A stretch of 64,000 bases of DNA from Macrostomum lignano (lineage: Eukaryota): contig NIVC01001113.1 in the NCBI GenBank assembly GCA_002269645.1, forward strand, positions 62,001 to 126,000, read 5' to 3'. Under the pieces are notes generated by a model. The model did no database searches. It saw only the letters and a program-made list of their open reading frames with translations, and had not been told where the DNA came from. Position numbers and translations under genes: made by a program. Below, piece after piece: positions 56,601-64,000 of the stretch; the stretch's first letter is position 1, and every line of letters starts with the position of its first letter.

Positions 56601-57899
56601 CACTCCTTCGACGTTGGCGTAGAACAAGGCAAATGTTTTCAATGCCGATCCATAGATAGTGGAATCGGCGTCCATTGGCAGTTTGGATTCGACATAAGCT
56701 CCCATCCTATCGGAGTAGGCGTCCTTCAGAACGCTAGGCGGCAGGTTGTACACGTCGGCAAGGTGCTGGCGGATGGTCTGTTCGGCTTGGCGAATGTCGG
56801 AACAGTCAACTGGCTGGCCGGAGTCGGTGACGCAGGCGCACTGGGTCCAGTCGTACTGGTAGGTGCTGCTCTGGTCGCACAAATCCGGCAGGTTGTCCTG
56901 ACGCTGCTGCCACACTTCGGGGTCGAGTAGGCCGAGGCGTTTGACCAGAGGGTAGAGCGGATTACCGGAGCCACCGTGCAGCCACATGGCTCCCAGTGCT
57001 AGTTGAGTGCGGCCTTGGGTCGGATAGTGAGTGAGCAGGGAATCGCTAAATAGCACCTTGAAGAAATTGTTCTACACAACATATCGGTAGACAGCAATTT
57101 TCAAAGTAACTTTCTAAAGCTAATTACTCAACATATCGGCAGATATTGTAGATTGATACGATTGAATCGATTCATTCTATTAAATTCTAAGTTTATTAGA
57201 TTTTAACTTTGTTATGCAAAGTATTTCATTTATTTCAAAATTTCCTAAACAAAATATTTAAATACTATTTGCTCAACATATCGGTAGACATTGTGAATTG
57301 ATAATATCTAATAGATTTTTACGCTAAATTCAATAGGACTTACTATATTGGAAATCTTCGGGCAAAGTATAGTGCATTAAACAGTTCGTTGCGTTATAAT
57401 ATACTCAACGTATCTTAAATTTTAGAGGTGAACATGGTAACTTCAAAAAACTGAAATCTATTCGCAGCGATTGATATCCCAGATTTCTTTTAATATACAT
57501 GTAAAGTTCTTTGCAACAAACTCCGACTAAAGTTATTTACTCAACATATCGGTAAACCTGATGTACCAGGTAGTGATTGATAAAGCTATTTACTCAACAT
57601 ATCGTCAGATTTCCGGATTGACTCTAGATCGAGATCGACAAGATTTATTGCACGCAGATTCCTCCTTTGAGAGTAGCCACTAATAGTTATTTACACAACA
57701 TATCGGTAGACAGGTCGAACTGGCACAGGAACTCACCTTCCCAAACGCTAAAAATGCGGCCCCCAATCCGATCCGGGGCGGCTTCGAACACGGTCACGCT
57801 GAACCCGAGTTTGTGCAACAAGCAGGCCGCGGTTAAGCCGGAGAGGCCCGAGCCCACAATTGCAATGGATTTCTTATTAACTGAATTTATGACGGACAT
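53217..57899 (-). CDS. PAOX: Flavin polyamine/spermine oxidase (PAOX/SMOX family), paralogue A, 6 exons
   Basis: Phase-consistent exons 57899-57737, 57013-56457 (AAG acceptor), 55272-54939, 54663-54537, 54451-54322 and 53366-53217. Motifs: IAIVGSGLSGL, FEAAPDRIGGRI, GAMWLHG, LGVVDKIF, GSYS, CFAGEHT..YATVQGAFLSGVREA. Confidence 0.88.
53385..54302. repeat. (TGTC)n plus a 12-bp minisatellite (TGTATCAGAGAC) filling paralogue A intron 5
   Basis: Two adjacent arrays occupy almost the whole 955-nt intron. Confidence 0.97.
54700..54910. repeat. 21-bp minisatellite (GAAGAATCAGAGGATTAACCT), paralogue A intron 3
   Basis: Visible period. Confidence 0.92.
55315..56432. repeat. 24-bp minisatellite (CTGACCCAATCTCTGACCTAGTAG), paralogue A intron 2
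   Basis: Produces the QLLGQRLG pseudo-ORF extension. Confidence 0.98.
57070..57712. repeat. Dispersed 16-25-nt motif (TTATTTACTCAACATATCGGTAGAC), 7 copies with unique spacers, paralogue A intron 1
   Basis: Core CAACATATCG at 57077, 57129, 57274, 57406 (degenerate), 57542, 57595 and 57696. Confidence 0.85.
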
Positions 57900-58774
57900 A
57901 TTCTTTGTTTGTTCACTAATTTAATAACAGCTCGGAGCACCTGTCGCACAACGGACGGATTTGAGACGATTAGTAAATCTTTATTCAGTTTAAATTATTT
58001 ACTGCCAACCGAAATTATCAAGCAAGTAGCAAAAAAACTTTTTGGTAGTTTTTTTCTTCAAAATAAACTGACTATTTTGATCCAGTTTTAATGCTTTGGT
58101 ACAGATAAGATAAAGTCTGATTGTTTATGTCTTTAAATGCTAAAGCTGCGTTTACAACCATAATAAAGTAAACTCAGACACTTAAGAATAGCTAAGTATG
58201 TCTAAAATAACGAAAAATGCACTTTTCCTACGTTTATCTTTTCAGTAGCTGAATTAGCGTTTTTCGTTATTTTCGTTTTTTGAGAGTAAATTAATCTTTA
58301 CATTTTTTCAAAACAAACATCAAATTTCCATTGTTGCGAAGTTAAATAAATGATGCGTTCAATTTAATATTTTGTATATATTTATTCATTCAGATGTGCA
58401 TTAATGAGAACAAACACAGTCTGAAAAAACATACTGCAGAACTGTACAGAATTGATAAATAAATCAAGTAGTAATTACTTGTAGTACAATACAAAACGTT
58501 TTGAATAAGAACAACAAAGTTTTGTTTTAAATTAGCATACACTATCGACTTCTTATCATTCCCATTAAGGGATTTTAAATCTCTAAATTATAAAGATTTA
58601 AACATAAACTTCTGCATGGCCAATGCAGACACAATAACAATGACAACACAAAATGCACCAGTTAAAAACACAAAATGGCACACTACCCATTAGCCTAACC
58701 GATGTATCGTTTGCAGTCAAATGCAAAATCTACGAGTTATTTGGGATCAATATGGCCAAAAATTAGTAGTAAAA

Positions 58775-59074
58775 GGTTATAGGTTTGGGTTTAGGGTTGG
58801 GGTATAGGTTAGGTTTTAGGGTATATTTTGGGGTTTAGGGTATAGGTTTGTGTTTAGGGTTAGGGGGTTCGGGTTAGGGCATAGGTTTGGATTAGGGTTA
58901 GGGGGTTCGGGTTAGGGTATAGGTTTGGGTTTAGGGTTGGGGTATAGGTTAGGTTTTAGGGTATATTTTGGGGTTTAGGGTATAGGTTTGTGTTTAGGGT
59001 ATAGGTTTGTGTTTAGGGTATAGGTTTGTGTTTAGGGTATAGGTTTGTGTTTAGGGTATAGGTTTGGGTTTAGG
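58775..59074 (+). repeat. Degenerate telomere-like (TTAGGG/TTTAGGG/TATAGG) tract
   Basis: G-rich strand with many TTAGGG variants; a block near 58780 is repeated near 58920. Confidence 0.85.
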
Positions 59075-59357
59075 CTGTGGCGTCCATGTGCCGAACTATT
59101 TGCGTCACCAAAATACATTCGCATCTAGTCTGTACCGCACAAAAATATTAAAAGCAGACGAAAAAGGTGACCTGCTGTAAGTTGACTGTGAGTCAGTGAG
59201 TGGCCGAGAATGTCCGAACTTCAGCCGAACTACAGAGTTTGTAATTAGTCGCGTGTCCAAAAAGTCCACCATCGGTCTCATTGCCACCTCTACAGCCGGT
59301 CACTTCTCGTTTAAATTTTTTGTTTAAATTCTTAGAGTTTTGATGTCGGCCCTCACA

Positions 59358-60029
59358 TTAACTACTAAACGAAGTAAAAGTCAACGAATTCGGCGACGTG
59401 AATGCAGATGACAAAGAAGACGTCTCTCCAGCAGCCTCGGCCGCAGCTTTTGGCGTCAGGAAAGTGTGCGTCTGACCGGACTTGGCTACTAGGCCGGCAA
59501 CTACGCCACCGGCACCGGCTTCTGGCACTAGCACAGGTGCGAGATTAGCCCAGGGGTCCATCAGCATGCTGGGCTTAGCGAATGAACGAGTCCTGCCGGC
59601 GCCATCCCCGCCTGAGGCGGTGGACCAGTCGCGTTTCCGATTGAAACTACCCCGACTAGACTGCTGCTGCTGATGATGATGATGATAGCGAAATCCGCCG
59701 TTACCACCAGCATTATTAGTTGGCGGAGTGTAGTACACACTGCCGCTGCTGTAACTGTTATTGCTGTAACTGCTGCTGTTAGATCCTCTGTAACCGCCTC
59801 CTCGGTGCATCAACATCGGCGATCTACCGCCACCATAGGGACTGCCTGAGAAGCTCCCGCGAGAACCTCCTCGTCCCGGTCCACCACCGCTGTAATAGCC
59901 ACCAGCATGATAACGCGGTTGACGCGGTGTGAACTGACCAGCTCCGCCTCGAGGTGTTGAATACCTGGGAGTCCCTGGTGACCAGCCGTAGCCACCAGAT
60001 GGCTGATTATTGCCACCAGACGGGTTCAT
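59358..60029 (-). CDS. MPLKIP: MPLKIP/TTDN1-like protein, single coding exon
   Basis: ATG at 60029 to TAA at 59358. Gly/Pro/Ser/Arg/Tyr-rich low-complexity body with SP/TP sites, then SFAKPSMLMDPWANLAPV, matching my recollection of the MPLKIP motif YFKPSMLEDPWAGLEPV. The track's extension to 60407 is repeat-derived. Confidence 0.8.
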   Translation of the reverse strand: MNPSGGNNQPSGGYGWSPGTPRYSTPRGGAGQFTPRQPRYHAGGYYSGGGPGRGGSRGSFSGSPYGGGRSPMLMHRGGGYRGSNSSSYSNNSYSSGSVYYTPPTNNAGGNGGFRYHHHHQQQQSSRGSFNRKRDWSTASGGDGAGRTRSFAKPSMLMDPWANLAPVLVPEAGAGGVVAGLVAKSGQTHTFLTPKAAAEAAGETSSLSSAFTSPNSLTFTSFSS

Positions 60030-60139
60030 GATGGCTCTGCTTTCAGTGCAGTGGGAGTTTTGTTTTAAAAATAGGAAATCAATTAGTATCTGCATTACTT
60101 CATTCACATTTAAAATTATATTTTGGTTTCTAAACAACC

Positions 60140-62348
60140 TAACATTCACGATCCCTTCTAGGACATTCACGATCCCTTCTAGCACATTCACGATCCTTTT
60201 TAGTACATTCACAATCCCTTTTAGCACATTCACGATCCCTTCTAGCACATTCACGATCCCTTCTAGCACATTCACGATCCCTTCTAGCACATTTACGATC
60301 CCTTTTAGCACATTCACGATCCCTTCTAGCACATTCACGATCCCTTCTAACACATTCACGATCCCTTCTAGCATAGCACATTCACGATCCCTTCTAGCAT
60401 AGCACATTCACGATCCCTTCTAGCACATTCACGATCCCTTCTAGCACATTCACGATCCCTTCTAGCACATTTACGATCCCTTTTAGCACATTCACGATCC
60501 CTTCTAGCACATTCACGATCCCTTCTAACACATTCACGATCCCTTCTAGCATAGCACATTCACGATCCCTTCTAGCATAGCACATTCACGATCCCTTCTA
60601 GCATAGCACATTCACGATCCCTTCTAGCATAGCACATTCACGATCCCTTCTAGCATAGCACATTCACGATCCCTTCTAGCAAAACACATTCCTCCCCCCT
60701 TCTAGCATAGCACATTCACGATCCCTTCTAGCATAGCACATTCACGATCCCTTCTAGCATAGCACATTCACGATCCCTTCTAGCACATTCACGATCCCTT
60801 GAAGCATAGCGCATTCACGATCCCTTCTAGCACATTCACGATCCCTTCTAGCACATTCACGATCCCTTCTAGCATAGCACATTCACGATCCTTTCTAGAA
60901 CATTCACGATCCCTTCTAGCACATTCACGATCCCTTCTAGCACATTCACAATCCCTTCTAGCACATTCACGATCTTTTTTAGTACATTCACGATCTCTTT
61001 TAGCACATTCACGATCCCTTCTAGCATAGCACATTCACGATCCCTTCTAGAACATTCACGATCCCTTCTAGCACATTCACAATCCCTTCTAGCACATTCA
61101 CGATCCCTTCTAGCATAGCACATTCACGATCCCTTCTAGCATAGCACATTCACGATCCCTTCTAGCATAGCACATTCACGATCCCTTCTAGCATAGCACA
61201 TTCACGATCCCTTCTAGCATAGCACATTCACGATCCCTTCTAGCATAGCACATTCACGATCCCTTCTAGCATAGCACATTCACGATCCCTTCTAGCAAAG
61301 CACATTCACGATCCCTTCTAGCACATTCACGATCCCTTCTAGCACATTCACGATCCCTTCTAGCACATTCACGATCCCTTGAAGCATAGCGCATTCACGA
61401 TCCCTTCTAGCACATTCACGATCCCTTCTAGCACATTCACGATCCCTTCTAGCACATTCACGATCCTTTTTAGTACATTCACGATCCCTTTTAGCACATT
61501 TACGATCCCTTCTAGCACATTCACGATCCCTTCTAGCACATTCACGATCCCTTCTAGCATAGCACATTCACGATCCCTTCTAGCATAGCACATTCACGAT
61601 CCCTTCTAGCATAGCACATTCACGATCCCTTCTAGCATAGCACATTCACGATCCCTTCTAGCATAGCACATTCACGATCCCTTCTAGCATAGCACATTCA
61701 CGATCCCTTCTAGCAAAGCACATTCACGATCCCTTCTAGCACATTCACGATCCCTTCTAGCACATTCACGATCCCTTCTAGCACATTCACGATCCCTTGA
61801 AGCATAGCGCATTCACGATCCCTTCTAGCACATTCACGATCCCTTCTAGCATAGCACATTCACGATCCCTTCTAGAACATTCACGATCCTTTTTAGTACA
61901 TTCACGATCCCTTTTAGCACATTTACGATCCCTTCTAGCACATTCACGATCCCTTCTAGCACATTCACGATCCCTTGAAGCATAGCGCATTCACGATCCC
62001 TTCTAGCACATTCACGATCCCTTCTAGCACATTCACGATCCCTTCTAGCATAGCACATTCACGATCCCTTCTAGAACATTCACGATCCCTTCTAGCACAT
62101 TCACGATCCCTTCTAGCACATTCACAATCCCTTCTAGCACATTCACGATCTTTTTTAGTACATTCACGATCTCTTTTAGCACATTCACGATCCCTTCTAG
62201 CATAGCACATTCACGATCCCTTCTAGAACATTCACGATCCCTTCTAGCACATTCACAATCCCTTCTAGCACATTCACGATCCCTTCTAGCACATTCACGA
62301 TCCCTTCTAGTACATTCACTATCCCTTCTAGCACATTCACGATCCCTT
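60140..62348. repeat. 21/26-bp minisatellite (CACATTCACGATCCCTTCTAG, with or without CATAG), about 2.2 kb
   Basis: Visible; produces the [14 protein letters not shown] pseudo-ORFs. Confidence 0.98.
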
Positions 62349-63250
62349 TACTATTAAGAACTCATTTAAAATTTACAAGCTTCTAACCTTAACTTCTAAA
62401 TTAAAGACAAAGCATGAATTCAACATAAAAAAAGCATTTTCCCGCGACAAAATTAAAATTAATAATAATTTTATTTGTAAACGCAACAGCAGTGATGTTA
62501 GCTACGTGCTAATTTGTTACTACGCACAGTATTATTAAAAAAAATTTAATTGTTATTTGACTAAATAAATAAAGTACATTTAGCACCTTGAGACTTGAGA
62601 AACGCGCTTAGTACAAAATAATACAAAATTATAGAAAAATAGAGAAGCGGTTGTTGTGTTTTTTTAGCAAAAATGCACCAATTGGTAAATAATATTTAAA
62701 TACACAAGCTGTTAATTATACTATTAATTTGGCATAGATTAAAAAACTCAGTTCACAAGCGCATTTGCCTACTTATTAGTAACATTATTAAGATAAACAA
62801 AAAAGCTGAAAAAGCGAAACACATGCGAGTAGATAAAGTAAAAACGCACAGAATTAAAAAGTAAACAAAAATGACTGCACTGCTTAATAATATATAATAG
62901 CGAAAACGCAACGTACATAATTGTACGTCTGATTAACAAAATATGGTTTACAATTGAGACTATTTGAGCAACACAAAAAATTAGAAAAATAACAGAAATA
63001 CACAACAGAAACGTTTGAACAATAATGCCGACTGAGTAATTAAATTGTCAGATAATTAACCAGGCTTGTCAAGGAGATTAAAGACTTATAAAAAGTTTCC
63101 TAATCATACTACTACAACCTAGACATTTGCTATGAGTAGTAGATAAATAATTTTAAGATTTTTTTTAATCTCCATGACAAACAAACCATAAATTGGTTAA
63201 TAGATTTATGAGAATAACGAGTTTGAATATTTTGTTATTGATTTGCGACT

Positions 63251-64000
63251 TCAATCGTCCACTGAATCCAGACTATCACGACGCTTCCTGCCGCCGCCGG
63301 CCATTTGGTTGTCATCGTCCTCTGAGCTGTCGTCGAACACGTACTTTGCTTTGGCGGCGGCTCCTCGACGTTCCGTTCGTTCGCGCGGCGGCGGCGGCGG
63401 CGAACCGGCGGCCTCGCCTCCCTCATCATCGTTGTCGGATGCTCCGACATTGTCGGAGTCGTTAGCGTCGCTAGAAGCTGAGGTATTGTCGTCATCGCTG
63501 CTACCCCACATTGCCTTCTTACTCTTCTTTGTCGCTTTTGGTTTCGACTTTTTCTTGTCATCTTTGTCGGCTTTCGGGGCCGCCGGCTTCTTCTGCCGCG
63601 GCTTCTTAGCGGCTGGCATGGCCGGCTCCGGCAAGGTGTTGGGGCCGAGCATTCGCTTCTTAGGCTTTGTAGTTGCCGCAGCAGTTCCGGCAGCGCCAGC
63701 CGATGATGAGGCGCCAGCGAATTGGGCCAGATCTGCGGCAGCCTCCGGCTTGGACAGGCTGACGCGTTTCCACAGCGGCAGCTTCACTTTCTCGTCAGTT
63801 TCGTCATTGTCGTCGCTGCTGCTGGCGAACGGATCGTCTGATTTCTTTGTCTTTTTGCTAGCTGCCGCCTGCTTGCCAACGCTGACGCCCATGTCGCTGA
63901 GCTTCAACTGCTTAGATGAGTCCTTCGGCTCTTTGGCGGCTTTTGGAGCCTTCGGCGCCCGCGGCTGCTTTGGTTTGGCCGGCTCCTCCATGGCCGGCTC
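63251..64000 (-). CDS. TOP2: 3' end of a Lys/acidic-rich protein, probably the DNA topoisomerase II C-terminal domain; runs off the window
   Basis: Frame is open from the window edge to TGA at 63251. Basic NLS-like and acidic tracts; PRERTERRGAAAKAKYVFDDSSEDDD resembles the Top2 C-terminal R..R...KY...SDEDD motif. No catalytic domain is visible in the window. Confidence 0.55.
   Translation of the reverse strand, partial: EPAMEEPAKPKQPRAPKAPKAAKEPKDSSKQLKLSDMGVSVGKQAAASKKTKKSDDPFASSSDDNDETDEKVKLPLWKRVSLSKPEAAADLAQFAGASSSAGAAGTAAATTKPKKRMLGPNTLPEPAMPAAKKPRQKKPAAPKADKDDKKKSKPKATKKSKKAMWGSSDDDNTSASSDANDSDNVGASDNDDEGGEAAGSPPPPPRERTERRGAAAKAKYVFDDSSEDDDNQMAGGGRKRRDSLDSVDD

Noticed and set aside
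57070-57712. CRISPR array
   Set aside because: Eukaryotic intron, no cas genes, spacer lengths highly irregular and repeats degenerate. The other arrays have no spacers at all.

Overview
Eukaryotic (metazoan) genomic DNA with GC-rich exons and GT-AG introns. About 30 unrelated micro/minisatellite arrays cover roughly 26 kb (~40%, summing my approximate boundaries). This style suggests a flatworm such as Macrostomum, which is my inference and not shown by the sequence. On the + strand I rebuilt a TTLL4-like tubulin glutamylase (8 exons, 912-8570), an apparently pseudogenised secreted-protein gene (11760-12704) and a 16-exon unc-13/Munc13 gene (16715-33672) with a 1-nt frameshift near 31110. 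On the - strand are an uncharacterised Cys/Gln-rich gene (35035-42708, possibly to ~45100), two tandem polyamine/spermine-oxidase paralogues, an MPLKIP/TTDN1-like gene and the probable 3' end of topoisomerase II. Mobile DNA includes a tRNA-derived CORE-type SINE, a non-LTR 3' fragment with a CCHC knuckle and a solo LTR with a 5-bp TSD. Most long ORFs in the supplied track are repeat artefacts. The most unusual signals are a minisatellite-anchored near-identical tract between otherwise diverged oxidase paralogues, reverse-complementary (GATA)n/(TATC)n arrays bracketing the unc-13 C1-C2B exons, arrays ending at splice signals, a GC-AG intron and an intron present in only one paralogue. Family names come from my recollection of sequence motifs; no search was run.
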